From Amaricoccus sp. (lineage in GTDB: Bacteria; Pseudomonadota; Alphaproteobacteria; Rhodobacterales; Rhodobacteraceae), in the NCBI GenBank assembly GCA_965243535.1, contig CBDEVG010000045.1:294955-358954 (forward strand): DNA of 64,000 bases, read 5' to 3'. The notes beneath the pieces are model-generated. The model saw nothing but the letters and a program-made list of their open reading frames with translations. It made no database searches and was not told the DNA's origin. Below are positions 47,444-56,733 of this stretch, piece after piece; position 1 is the stretch's first letter; every line of letters starts with the position of its first letter. Position numbers and translations under genes: made by a program.

Positions 47444-48445
47444 TCAGAACCGAAGCACCATCGCGCCGAGCGAGAGACCCGCGCCCGTCCCGCAGAGGAG
47501 CGTGAGGTCGCCGCGACGAAGTCGGCCGCTCTCGATCGCCTCGTAGAGCGTCGCGGGGATCGATGCGGCCACACAGTTGCCGAGGCGATCGATCGTGCGG
47601 ACCACACGCGACTCGTCGAGCCCGAAGAGCGGCAACATGGCGAGCCCGGCGTGACTCGCTTGGTGAGGGATCACGACCGCGTCGCGGAGCGACACAGCCT
47701 CGGGGAGTGCGCGTGAGAGCACGTCGAGGAACGGACGCCCGCGCCCGAGCACGCGACGCAAGAGCTTCGGTCCCTCCATGTGGAACACGTTCTGCGAGGC
47801 GCGGGTGAGCTCGTCGTTGGGGTGGACGCGTGTCCCGCCGCCTTCGATCGCTGCGAGGTCCGCGTCGTCGCCGAAGGTGCCGAAGCGGGCGGCGAGGATC
47901 TGCGAGCTCGTGCGCTCCGCGGGCACGAGCACCGCGGCCGCGGCGGCATCACCGAAGAGCGCGGCGCTCTCGCGATCGCGCCAGTCGATGCCCGCGGAGC
48001 CGACGTCGCTCGAGACGATCAGCGCGCGTCGGCAGCGCCCGGTCGCGATCGACTGCGACACGAGATCGAGCGCGGCGAGGAACGAGAGACACGTGGCGTG
48101 CACGGACATCGACGCGATGCCGCTCTTGCCGAGGCCGAGCGCGCGCTGGATCAGCGCGCCGCCATCGGGGATCGACTGCTCGGCCGTGCCGGACGCGTTC
48201 ACGATCAGATCGAGGGACTCGGCGCGGACCTCGGCCTTCTCCAGCGCCTCGCGCGCGGCGTTTGCTCCCATCAGGCTCGCGGTCTCGTCTCCGCTGCGGT
48301 CCGCGTAGCGACGCTCGTGGACGCCGGTCGCACGCGCGAGCTCGTCGGCGTCGACGCCGAGGCGCGCGGCAACTTCGTGCGTCGTGACGATCCGTCGAGG
48401 GAGGTAGCGGCCGACGCCTGCGATGCGAACGGCGCTGCCGCTCAT
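47444..48445 (-). CDS. 3-oxoacyl-ACP synthase III (KAS III / FabH-like)
   Basis: Start MSGSAVRIAGVGRYLPRRIVTTHEVAARLG, active-site region GIASMSVHATCLSFLAALDLV (Cys), HQASHAGL (His) and GNCVAASIP (Asn). 333 aa. Confidence 0.8.
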   Translation of the reverse strand: MSGSAVRIAGVGRYLPRRIVTTHEVAARLGVDADELARATGVHERRYADRSGDETASLMGANAAREALEKAEVRAESLDLIVNASGTAEQSIPDGGALIQRALGLGKSGIASMSVHATCLSFLAALDLVSQSIATGRCRRALIVSSDVGSAGIDWRDRESAALFGDAAAAAVLVPAERTSSQILAARFGTFGDDADLAAIEGGGTRVHPNDELTRASQNVFHMEGPKLLRRVLGRGRPFLDVLSRALPEAVSLRDAVVIPHQASHAGLAMLPLFGLDESRVVRTIDRLGNCVAASIPATLYEAIESGRLRRGDLTLLCGTGAGLSLGAMVLRF

Positions 48446-48469
48446 GGTGGCCGGACGGTAGCATGCGGC

Positions 48470-49435
48470 GTGACCACGCCCGCCCCTCCGAGGCGCGACG
48501 ACTCGAGCCTCCCCGTCCGCGTGCGCGGCCTCGTGAAGCGCTACGGCGACCGCAACGTCGTCGACGGAATCGACCTCGACGTGGTGCACGGCGAGACCGT
48601 GGGCCTGCTCGGCCCCAACGGCGCCGGCAAGACGACGACGCTCGAGATGGTCCAAGGGCTCACGACGCCGACTGCTGGGAGTGTGAGAGTTCTCGGTCTC
48701 GAGCAGCCGCGTGATCGCGAGTCGGTGGCGGCGCGCATCGGCGTCGCGCTGCAGGAGACGAGCCTGCCCGACAAGCTCACGGCGCTGGAGACGATCACGC
48801 TGTTCCGATCGTTCTACGCGCGCGGGCCCGACGAGGCGGCGCTCCTTCGCGACATGCACCTCGAGGCGCACGCGAGCACGCTCGTGCGCGCGCTCTCCGG
48901 CGGCGAGCGACAACGCCTGGCGCTCGCGTGCGCGCTCGCAGGCGACCCCGAGCTCGTGATCCTCGACGAGCCCACGACGGGCCTCGATCCCGAGGCACGA
49001 CACCGCCTCTGGGATCGCATCGAAGCCCTCGCCGACGCGGGCACCACGGTGCTCCTCACCACGCACTTCATGGACGAGGCGACGCGGCTCTGCGATCGCA
49101 TCGTCGTGATCGATCGCGGACGCATCATCGCGGAGGGCACGCCCGAGGCGCTCGTCGCGGCACACGTCGGATCGCACGTCGTCGAGCTCGAGCTCACACG
49201 CGGCGCGCTGTCGGTCGAGCACGCGCAGGCGATCGAGGGAGTGCGCGTCGCGCGCCTCGTGGGGCGCACGCTCCGCCTCGGCACCGATCGCGCGGACGAC
49301 GTGCTCGGGCGTGCGCGCGCGCTCGCGACCTCGAAGGACGTCGCGCTCGGTCGGGTCGCGATCACCCCCGCGACGCTCGAGGACGTCTTCCTCGTGCTCG
49401 CGGGCCGCGGCCTCGGAGAGGGCGAGCCACGATGA
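48470..49435 (+). CDS. ABC transporter ATP-binding protein (ABC-2/DrrA-like exporter)
   Basis: Walker A GPNGAGKTTTL, signature LSGGERQRLALACAL, Walker B LVILDEPTTGLD. GTG start (alternative GTG near 48509). Divergent from the KAS III operon. Confidence 0.8.
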   Translation: MTTPAPPRRDDSSLPVRVRGLVKRYGDRNVVDGIDLDVVHGETVGLLGPNGAGKTTTLEMVQGLTTPTAGSVRVLGLEQPRDRESVAARIGVALQETSLPDKLTALETITLFRSFYARGPDEAALLRDMHLEAHASTLVRALSGGERQRLALACALAGDPELVILDEPTTGLDPEARHRLWDRIEALADAGTTVLLTTHFMDEATRLCDRIVVIDRGRIIAEGTPEALVAAHVGSHVVELELTRGALSVEHAQAIEGVRVARLVGRTLRLGTDRADDVLGRARALATSKDVALGRVAITPATLEDVFLVLAGRGLGEGEPR

Positions 49436-50454
49436 TGCGTCACCCGCTCGTGCAGCTGCTCCTCGTCCGCCTGCGCACCTTTCAGCGCGAGCCCGAGGCG
49501 CTGTTCTGGACGTTCGGCTTTCCGCTCGTGCTGACGCTCGTGCTCGGCATCGCGTTCCGTCCCGTCGAGGGCGAGCCGATCCCGATCGTGGTGATCGAGG
49601 GGCCCGACGCAGACGAGATCACCGCACGGCTCGAGCGCGACGAGGATCTCGCGATCAGGCGCGCGACGGATGCGAGCGAGGCGCGACGCCTGTTCGTCCG
49701 GGGCAGCGCGCTCGCGATCGTGGAGGGATCCACGGAACGCCCCGTTCTTCATACCGATCCGACTCGCCCCGAGTCTCGGCTGGCGCACGCGCGGGTCGAA
49801 CGCGCCCTGATCGATGCGCCGCTCGCGATCGAGGACGCGCCGATGCGCGAGCCGGGTACGCGATACGTCGACTTCGTGGTGCCGGGGCTCGTGGGCATGA
49901 ACGTGATGACGGTGTGCCTCTGGGGCATCGGATGGAACGTCGTCGAGTCGCGATCGAAGAAGCTCCTGCGCCGCCTCGCGGTCACGCCGATGAAGAGACG
50001 CCACTACCTCGGCGCGTTCCTCCTCGCGCACGTGGTGCTGGTGCTCGTGACGCTCGCGGTGGTGCTGGGCTTCGCGTGGGCGAGCTTCGGCGTCGGCGTC
50101 GAGGGGCGCGCCATCGACTACGTCGTCATCGTCGTGCTCGGCTGTCTGGCGTTCTCCGCGATGGGCGTGCTCCTCGCGAGCCGCACCGACAACGTCGAGG
50201 TGCTCTCGGGCATGGTGAACGCAGCGTCGCTCCTCCAGCTCGTGGCGAGCGGCGTCTTCTTCTCCACGTCGCGCTTCCCCGAGTGGGCGCTCGTGGTGCT
50301 GCGGGGCCTGCCGCTCACGGCGCTCGTCGACGCGCTCCGAGCGATCGCGCTCGAGGGACGCGGGCTGACGGAGCTGCCCGTGGAGGTCGCGGTGCTCACG
50401 GCGTGGACCGTCCTGGCCGGTGCGATCGGGGTACGGATCTTCCGCTGGAGCTGA
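49432..50454 (+). CDS. ABC-2 type transporter permease
   Basis: ATG overlaps the ATPase stop (ATGATG). Six TM segments and an ABC-2 family profile. Confidence 0.75.
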   Translation: MMRHPLVQLLLVRLRTFQREPEALFWTFGFPLVLTLVLGIAFRPVEGEPIPIVVIEGPDADEITARLERDEDLAIRRATDASEARRLFVRGSALAIVEGSTERPVLHTDPTRPESRLAHARVERALIDAPLAIEDAPMREPGTRYVDFVVPGLVGMNVMTVCLWGIGWNVVESRSKKLLRRLAVTPMKRRHYLGAFLLAHVVLVLVTLAVVLGFAWASFGVGVEGRAIDYVVIVVLGCLAFSAMGVLLASRTDNVEVLSGMVNAASLLQLVASGVFFSTSRFPEWALVVLRGLPLTALVDALRAIALEGRGLTELPVEVAVLTAWTVLAGAIGVRIFRWS

Positions 50455-50508
50455 CCGGTCGACGACCTCGGGATCGACGCTCTCGTGCTCGGTGGTAGAC
50501 CCGCGCGC

Positions 50509-51297
50509 ATGCGTCGGACGGTTCACGTTCATCGCCTCGGCACGGTCGGCTACGGTGAGGCGCACACGCTGCAGAAGCGCCTGCAGGAGGCGCGCGCACG
50601 CAAGCTCGTGCCCGACACGCTGCTCCTGCTCGAGCATCCGCCGGTGATCACGCTCGGTCGCGGCGCGAAGGAGCAGAACCTGCGTTTTCCTCGCAGCTCG
50701 CTCGTCGCGCGCGGCATCGAGGTGCACGAGACGGGGCGCGGCGGCGACGTCACGTACCACGGCCCCGGACAGCTCGTGGGGTACCCGATCCTCGATCTCT
50801 CTCCCGATCGACAGGACGTGCGCCGCTACGTGAAGGACCTCGAGGAGTCGATGATCCGCCTGGTCGCGCGCTGGGGTCTGACCGCGACGCGCATCGAGGG
50901 GATGAACGGCACGTGGCTCACCGATGGCGAGCTCGGTGATCGCAAGATCGGCGCGATCGGCGTGCGCCTCTCGCGCTGGGTCACGATGCACGGCTTCGCG
51001 ATCAACGTCTCGACGTTGCTCTCGCATTTCTCGTTGATCGTGCCGTGCGGGATCGTGGACAAGGGCGTGACCTCGCTCGAGCTCGAGCTCGGCCGCGCGA
51101 TCCCGATCGACGAGGTCATCGCCGCGTACCTCCCGATCTTCGGCGACCTCTTCGACGCCGATCTCGTCGAAGTGCACGGCGATCCGCTCGCGGCGCTGAG
51201 CCCCGACGCGCTCGCCGAGATCGACGACGTGCTCGGAGCAGCCGCGAAGAACGAGGCCGAGCGCGCGGCGGAGCGTGCGGCCGAGCTCCGCACGTGA
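50509..51297 (+). CDS. lipB: Octanoyltransferase LipB
   Basis: LLLLEHPPVITLGRGAK, HETGRGGDVTYHGPGQLVGYPILDL and KIGAIGVRLSRWVTMHGFAINV are conserved LipB motifs. Confidence 0.8.
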   Translation: MRRTVHVHRLGTVGYGEAHTLQKRLQEARARKLVPDTLLLLEHPPVITLGRGAKEQNLRFPRSSLVARGIEVHETGRGGDVTYHGPGQLVGYPILDLSPDRQDVRRYVKDLEESMIRLVARWGLTATRIEGMNGTWLTDGELGDRKIGAIGVRLSRWVTMHGFAINVSTLLSHFSLIVPCGIVDKGVTSLELELGRAIPIDEVIAAYLPIFGDLFDADLVEVHGDPLAALSPDALAEIDDVLGAAAKNEAERAAERAAELRT

Positions 51298-51307
51298 GCG
51301 AGGGCCC

Positions 51308-52213
51308 GTGAGCGAGACGCCGCGCTCGAGCGCCGCGACCGGCACGGCGCTCGTCGTGTTCTCGGCCGTGATGTGGGGCACGTGGAGCCTGTGGTTCCGT
51401 CCGACGGAGCTCTCGGGACGAACGACCGCGCCGTTCGTGTTCGCGTGCATGGCGCTGAGCTCGGTGCCGCTGATCCTCCGCGAGCGCGCCGCGCGAACGA
51501 CCCCGATCGTCTGGGATCGCCGCGTGATCGCGATGCTCGCGGCGTACACGATCTTCGATGCGCTGAACGCCGCGACCTTCTTCCACGCGATGACGATCAC
51601 CACCGTCGCTGTCGCGGTCCTCACGCACGACCTCGCCCCGGTGCTCGTCGCCTTGCTCGCGCCACGCGTCGACGGCGTGCGCGTGCCGGGCGCAGGTCCA
51701 GCCGCGCTGCTCGCGCTCGCGGGCGTCACGCTCTTGCTCGAGCCTTGGCGCGAAGGCGCGCTCGGCGGCGACGTGCTGCTCGGCGCGGGGCTCGGGCTCA
51801 CCAGCGCCTTCGCCTACGCAGGCAACGTGTTCCTCGGTCGCAAGCTCACGATCGCGATCGGGCCTGCGACGACGCTCGGCGTGCACGCGCTCGGCGCGCT
51901 CCTGCTCTTGCTCCCGCTCGCGGGCTCCGAGCTCTTCGCCATCGAGGGACGAGACCTCCCGTACCTGCTCTTCGCGGGGCTCGTGCCGGGCGCGCTCGCA
52001 GGCCTCGCGTTCTTGCGCGGCGCGGCCGCGATCGGCAGCGCGCGCGCCGCGATCCTCGCGTTCGTCGAGCCCGTGATCGCGTGCCTCGTGGGCTGGCTCG
52101 CGTTCGGTGAGCGCTTGTCGCCGTGGGCGATCGTGGGTGGAGCGCTGGTGCTCGTCGCAGGCGCGATCGTGTCGCGTGGGCCTCGCGCCGAGGCACTCGT
52201 GCACGAAGCGTGA
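51308..52213 (+). CDS. EamA/DMT-family transporter
   Basis: Ten predicted TM helices in two EamA-like halves. Probable GTG start at 51308 just after the lipB stop. Confidence 0.6.
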   Translation: MSETPRSSAATGTALVVFSAVMWGTWSLWFRPTELSGRTTAPFVFACMALSSVPLILRERAARTTPIVWDRRVIAMLAAYTIFDALNAATFFHAMTITTVAVAVLTHDLAPVLVALLAPRVDGVRVPGAGPAALLALAGVTLLLEPWREGALGGDVLLGAGLGLTSAFAYAGNVFLGRKLTIAIGPATTLGVHALGALLLLLPLAGSELFAIEGRDLPYLLFAGLVPGALAGLAFLRGAAAIGSARAAILAFVEPVIACLVGWLAFGERLSPWAIVGGALVLVAGAIVSRGPRAEALVHEA

Positions 52214-52288
52214 GTTCCCTCGCCGGTCCCTCGTGCGCATGCGGATCGGCGCTAGCGAGGGCTCGGTCGCGTGCCATTCTCGCGAACC

Positions 52289-53605
52289 ATGAGCAGCACG
52301 CCCGTCGATCTCTCGTCGTTCGTTCGTCCTCACGACTCGACCAGTCCGCGCGTGTCCGCGATGGCCGGCAAGATCGTCGGCTCCGAGATCCTGAAGATCG
52401 CGGGAGAGATTCGCGCCCTCGTCGCGAAGGGTCAGCCTGTCTGCAACCTCACGGTGGGCGACTTCGACCCGAAGCAGTTCTCGATCCCCGAGTCGCTGCG
52501 CCAGCACATCGTCGCCGCGTACGACGCGCACGAGACGAACTACCCGCCCTCGAACGGGATGCCGCAGCTGCGCGACGCGGTGCAGCGGTTCTACCAGCGC
52601 GAGCTCGGCCTCTCGTATCCGCTCGACTCGATCCTCATCGCGTCGGGCGCGCGCCCGGTCATCTACGGCATCTACCGCGCGGTCGTCGATCCGGGAGACA
52701 CGGTCGTCTATCCGGTGCCGAGCTGGAACAACAACCACTACGTCACCATGACGGGCAGCAAGAGCGTGACGGTGCAGTGCGGCCCCGAGACGCGTTTCCT
52801 CCCCACGCGCGAGATGATCGAGAAGGCGCTGCCGGGGGCGCGGCTCGTGTGCCTCAACACGCCGCTCAACCCCACGGGCACAGCGATGGCGCGCGACATG
52901 GTGCTCGGCGTGTCCGAGGCGATCGTGCGCGAGAACGAGCAGCGTCGTTCGCGCGGCGAGAAGCCCGTCTATCTCATGTACGACCAGATCTACTGGATGC
53001 TCACGGCCGCGGGGACCGAGCACGTCTCGCCGCCGCAGCTCGTGCCGGAGATGGCGCGCTACACGATCTTCGTGGACGGAATCTCGAAGGCGTTCGCGGC
53101 CACGGGTGTGCGTGTGGGCTGGGCGATCGGACCGACGGACGTCATCGATCGCATGAGCGCCATCCTCGGTCACGTCGGCGCGTGGGCACCACGCGCGGAG
53201 CAGATCGCGACGGCGAAGATGCTCGAGGAGCCGGGCGCGTGTCGCGCGTACGTCGACACGCTGAAGTCCGGCATCGTCGGTCGCTTGAGCGCCCTCCACG
53301 AGGGCTTCCAAGCGCTCAAGGGGCAAGGGCTCCCCGTCGACTCGCTCTCACCCGAGGGCGCGATCTACCTCACGGTCCAGCTCGCACCGTTCGGCAAGAA
53401 GACGCCCGCGGGGCAGACGCTCACGACGAACGAAGAGGTGCGTCGCTACGTGCTCGATGCCGCGGGCATCGGCATCGTGCCGTTCCAGGCGTTCGGCTAT
53501 CCCGGCGACACCGGATGGTTCCGGCTCAGCGTGGGCGCGGTCTCGATGCGGGAGATCCAGGACGCGCTGCCGCGACTCGGTGAGGCGCTGCGCGCGCTGG
53601 CCTGA
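52289..53605 (+). CDS. Pyridoxal-phosphate-dependent aminotransferase (class I/II, AspAT-like)
   Basis: NLTVGDFDP, PLNPTG, and PLP-lysine in FVDGISKAFAATGVRVGW. 438 aa. Confidence 0.8.
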   Translation: MSSTPVDLSSFVRPHDSTSPRVSAMAGKIVGSEILKIAGEIRALVAKGQPVCNLTVGDFDPKQFSIPESLRQHIVAAYDAHETNYPPSNGMPQLRDAVQRFYQRELGLSYPLDSILIASGARPVIYGIYRAVVDPGDTVVYPVPSWNNNHYVTMTGSKSVTVQCGPETRFLPTREMIEKALPGARLVCLNTPLNPTGTAMARDMVLGVSEAIVRENEQRRSRGEKPVYLMYDQIYWMLTAAGTEHVSPPQLVPEMARYTIFVDGISKAFAATGVRVGWAIGPTDVIDRMSAILGHVGAWAPRAEQIATAKMLEEPGACRAYVDTLKSGIVGRLSALHEGFQALKGQGLPVDSLSPEGAIYLTVQLAPFGKKTPAGQTLTTNEEVRRYVLDAAGIGIVPFQAFGYPGDTGWFRLSVGAVSMREIQDALPRLGEALRALA

Positions 53606-53657
53606 TCGGCATCCGCTCGATCGAGGCAGCGCGCGCCCTCGAGCCGCTCGCGCGGTC

Positions 53658-54116
53658 TCACATGCAGGTGTCGGGGACTTCTCGCGCGATGGGATCGAGC
53701 GAGCGGATGTGAGCGACGATGTTGCACACCTCGGTACCGTTCATCCCTGCGATGCGGAAGCGCGTCATCGACGTGCAGAGCCGATCGCCCGCCTCGTCCT
53801 CGCCATCGAGGATCGCGCTGGTGATCTGCTGATCACTCCAGCCGCCCAGGTTCGTGGAGGTGAGGTTCGGCCCCGGGGTGCCCGTCGTCGCGCCGCCGAG
53901 ATCGGCGGCGTGGCAGCTGGCGCACGCGCGCATGCCCACCGCCACGCGACCCGCGGCCGCGTCACCGCTCGAACAGTCCGCAGGGGCAGCGGCATCGACG
54001 GGCGCCGCCGCGTCGGGATTGCCGCCAGGCCCACACGCACCTGCGAGCGCCGCCATCGAGAAGAAGACACCGACTCCGACCGCGCGCGCGAAGAGAGAAC
54101 CCGACTGTGTCGTCAT
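53658..54116 (-). CDS. c-type cytochrome lipoprotein
   Basis: Signal/lipobox FFSMAALAGAC; single heme-binding CASCH motif. Confidence 0.6.
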   Translation of the reverse strand: MTTQSGSLFARAVGVGVFFSMAALAGACGPGGNPDAAAPVDAAAPADCSSGDAAAGRVAVGMRACASCHAADLGGATTGTPGPNLTSTNLGGWSDQQITSAILDGEDEAGDRLCTSMTRFRIAGMNGTEVCNIVAHIRSLDPIAREVPDTCM

Positions 54117-54198
54117 GAGCCCTCTTGTAACAGAGGGCCCGAGTGACGTCCGCAATCACGCGCGTCCTCCTCGCGAGCGGACGTACTAGGCTCCGCGT

Positions 54199-55002
54199 GT
54201 GCCGCGTCCTCCGCGTGATCGTGATCGCTCCGCCCCCTCGCCCGTGCGCTCGACGTTCGACTCGAGCGAGCCCTCCGAGATCGTGTTCGGCCTCCGCGCC
54301 TGCCTCGCGATCCTCGCGACGCGGCCCACCTCGATCCGCGAGGTCTTCGTGTCGCACGATCAACGCGACGCCGCGCGCGCGCTCCTCGCGCACGCACGCG
54401 CGAACGCGCGGGAGCTGCCCGACCGTGAGCTCGAGCGGCTCGCGGAGACGGCGCACCACGAGGGCGTCGTGGTGCGCACGACGCCTCGGAAGTGGACGAG
54501 CGGCAAAGAGCTACGCGCGCTCTTCGAGAACCGCAGCAAGAGCCCCGTCGGCATCGCCCTCGATCGCGTGCGCAATCCCTACAACATCGGCGCGATCCTC
54601 CGCACCGCTGCGTTCTTCGGCGTCGACGTCGCGATCCTCGGCGCGCCCGCGCCTCATCCCGCGCTGCCTCCGGACGCAGCTCGCGTGGCAGAAGGTGGCG
54701 CCGAGCAGCTCGCGCTCGCGCGCACGACCGACCTCGCCGAGACGCTCGCGCAGCTGCGCAAGGTGGGTGTGCACGTCTACGGGGCAGAGAACGACGGCGC
54801 ACACGACCTCACACGCTTCAGCATCGCGCGCCCCTGCGTGCTCGTCGTGGGGCACGAGCGCGAGGGCATCTCGCCCCGTGTGAAGGAGCAGTGCGAGGCG
54901 ATGGTCGCCATCCGCGGCACCGGCACGATCCAGTCGCTCAACGTCTCGATCGCGACGAGCCTCTTGCTGCACGAGCTCGTGAGAGATCGCCCTCGAACGT
55001 GA
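54199..55002 (+). CDS. TrmH/SpoU-family RNA 2'-O-methyltransferase (RlmB-like)
   Basis: SPOUT motifs VGIALDRVRNPYNIGAILRTAAFFGV, VVGHEREGIS and SLNVSIATSLLLHEL. GTG start. Confidence 0.75.
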   Translation: MPRPPRDRDRSAPSPVRSTFDSSEPSEIVFGLRACLAILATRPTSIREVFVSHDQRDAARALLAHARANARELPDRELERLAETAHHEGVVVRTTPRKWTSGKELRALFENRSKSPVGIALDRVRNPYNIGAILRTAAFFGVDVAILGAPAPHPALPPDAARVAEGGAEQLALARTTDLAETLAQLRKVGVHVYGAENDGAHDLTRFSIARPCVLVVGHEREGISPRVKEQCEAMVAIRGTGTIQSLNVSIATSLLLHELVRDRPRT

Positions 55003-55008
55003 GCGACG

Positions 55009-55728
55009 TCAGCGGCCGAACGAGCTCGTCAGCGAGACGTCGCGGAGCGTGACGCGGCTGACGTTCGACAGGTTGCCCTCGGCGTCGACGAACGCGAGGT
55101 CCAGATCGGTGCCTGGGGTGGGCGGCGTGTAGCCGGGCAGCGGACCGCGACAGCGACCCGGGAAGAGGAGGAAACGCGTTCGATCCGTGCCGACGGGCAT
55201 GAAGAACGAGGAGCTCCCCGAAGCGTCTTGCCACCGCGCGACGAGACCGACTGCGTCGGGAGGCGCGGCCGCGCCGAGCACGATCGTGGGCGCGAAGAAG
55301 CCCGTGCCGACCATCTGTCGATCGATCGACGGCCCCGTCGGCGCGGTCGTGATCGGCGTGGCCGCCGTGAAGCCATGCGCGTGCTCGAACGTGCCGCGAG
55401 CGCCGGCCGTGGTGATCTCGTAGGCGCCCGTCACCGCGGGGATCGTCATCGCGTAGAGGTTGGGCGCGAGCTCGCGGAGCCTCCCCTGCGAGGTGCACCG
55501 GCGCGTGCAGCCCGTGGTCTGCCGCAGGGCGAGCACGCTCGGCGTAGCCCCCCTGAGTAAGTCACTTTCGGAGATCGCCGGCCGGCGCTGGAGCAGCACG
55601 ATGCCGTGCTCTGCGCGCGGGTTGAGCACGACGAGCTGATCACCAGGCGACATGCGGCAGCGTGCGCGCGAGGCGCTCGGGATCGCGAGCGCGAGCACAG
55701 TGAGCACGAGAAGCGCGAAGCGTTGCAT
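55009..55728 (-). CDS. Secreted hypothetical protein
   Basis: Signal peptide MQRFALLVLTVLALAIPSASRA. 239 aa, no family recognised. Confidence 0.4.
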   Translation of the reverse strand: MQRFALLVLTVLALAIPSASRARCRMSPGDQLVVLNPRAEHGIVLLQRRPAISESDLLRGATPSVLALRQTTGCTRRCTSQGRLRELAPNLYAMTIPAVTGAYEITTAGARGTFEHAHGFTAATPITTAPTGPSIDRQMVGTGFFAPTIVLGAAAPPDAVGLVARWQDASGSSSFFMPVGTDRTRFLLFPGRCRGPLPGYTPPTPGTDLDLAFVDAEGNLSNVSRVTLRDVSLTSSFGR

Positions 55729-55781
55729 GCGAGCTTCGACGTCGAGGGCTGGACGACCTTGGCTCTCCACGTGCACCCGCT

Positions 55782-56732
55782 TCAGCAGCCGGCGCCCGCC
55801 CGCTCGCAGCCGTTGCTCGCGCGACCGTCGCAGTCGAGCCAGCCTTCGTCGCAGCGAGTGATCCGACATGCGCCCGTAGCGCACGACGCCGTGGCGTGGC
55901 TCGGGGCGCACGCGACGTTGCAGTCACCGCAGTGCGTCGAGGTGTTCGTCGGCTGCTCGCAGCCAGGCGCTCCGTCGCAATTGGCGAGCCCGACGGCGCA
56001 GCCCGTCGGCGAGCAGGATCCGCTCGCGCACGTGGCAGCACCGCCCGCGACCGTGCAGGGCACGCCACACGCAGCGCAGTCTGCCGTCGTGCGCAGGCTG
56101 GTCTCGCAGCCGTTGGAGGCGAGGCCATCACAGTCGCCGACGTCGGCACGAAGACAGGCGACGACCTGGCAGGTGCCCGTCGAGCAGTCGCCGATCGCGC
56201 TCGACGGCGCACAGAACACGCCGCATCCACCACAGTCGCTGTTCGTGGCGAGCAGTGTCTCGCAACCATTCGCTGGCAGGCCGTCACAGTCCCCGCGCCG
56301 AGGCGGACACGTTGGGGCATCCGTGGTCAGCGCTGCGTCGTCGGGCTCACGCGCATCACGGGTTTCGGCATCGACGGCCGCGCCCGCGTCGTCCGCCTCG
56401 ATCGAGCCCGCGTCGATCGAGCCCGCGTCGATCGAGCCCGCGTCGATCGAGCCCGTGTCGATCGAGCCCGTGTCGAACCGTGACGGATCGAGGAAGGCGT
56501 CCGTCTCCGACCCATCGACGAGCGACGTCAGCGCATCGAGGTCGGTCGCATCCGGGAGGGCGACGTCTGCGCGCGCGTCCTGGACGAAGGTCGACGCATC
56601 GAGCGACCGCGCATCGCCGAGGTCGGGCGCGGCGTCGGGCGCATCGACGTTGGGGCATCCCGGCGCGAGTGCGAGCGCGAGCGTGGTGACGATCACAAGA
56701 GGGCGGTGGTCGCGGCGCATGGGTCCTCGCAT
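55782..56732 (-). CDS. Cys-rich repeat lipoprotein (four GDCDG..NGCE..C..CG..C modules) with (T/A)GSID pentapeptide run
   Basis: Lipobox LALAPGC. Modules GDCDGLPANGCETLLATNSDCGGCGVFC, GDCDGLASNGCETSLRTTADCAACGVPC, ANCDGAPGCEQPTNTSTHCGDCNVAC and LDCDGRASNGCE. The pentapeptide run is encoded by the 15-bp tandem DNA repeat. Confidence 0.6.
   Translation of the reverse strand: MRGPMRRDHRPLVIVTTLALALAPGCPNVDAPDAAPDLGDARSLDASTFVQDARADVALPDATDLDALTSLVDGSETDAFLDPSRFDTGSIDTGSIDAGSIDAGSIDAGSIEADDAGAAVDAETRDAREPDDAALTTDAPTCPPRRGDCDGLPANGCETLLATNSDCGGCGVFCAPSSAIGDCSTGTCQVVACLRADVGDCDGLASNGCETSLRTTADCAACGVPCTVAGGAATCASGSCSPTGCAVGLANCDGAPGCEQPTNTSTHCGDCNVACAPSHATASCATGACRITRCDEGWLDCDGRASNGCERAGAGC
56391..56470. 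repeat. 15-bp tandem repeat (GATCGAGCCCGCGTC x5, last two copies with G->T) inside the Cys-rich lipoprotein gene
   Basis: Read directly: cgatcgagcccgcgtcgatcgagcccgcgtcgatcgagcccgcgtcgatcgagcccgtgtcgatcgagcccgtgtcg. Encodes DTGSIDTGSIDAGSIDAGSIDAGSIE on the minus strand. Confidence 0.85.
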
Positions 56733-56733
56733 G

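Noticed and set aside
50485-50560. tRNA-like string (ggtggtagac) before lipB
   Set aside because: No T-loop (GGTTCGAATCC-like) or acceptor-stem complementarity. It is the 5' leader or alternative start region of lipB.
51293-51316. Direct repeat GTGAGCGAG ... GTGAGCGAG at the lipB/EamA junction
   Set aside because: Too short and isolated to be meaningful. It simply supplies the stop of lipB and a GTG start for the next gene.
48814-51801. 995-aa minus-strand ORF opposite the ABC exporter, lipB and EamA genes
   Set aside because: Arg/Ser-rich junk antisense to three well-supported plus-strand genes.
53606-53657. Possible convergent terminator between the aminotransferase and the cytochrome c gene
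   Set aside because: Only short, imperfect inverted repeats (gctcgatcgagg / cctcgagccgctc), not convincing enough to call.
56391-56470. Possible CRISPR-like or VNTR array
   Set aside because: Only a 15-bp unit with no spacers. It lies in frame inside a coding sequence, encodes a pentapeptide run, and no cas genes are present.
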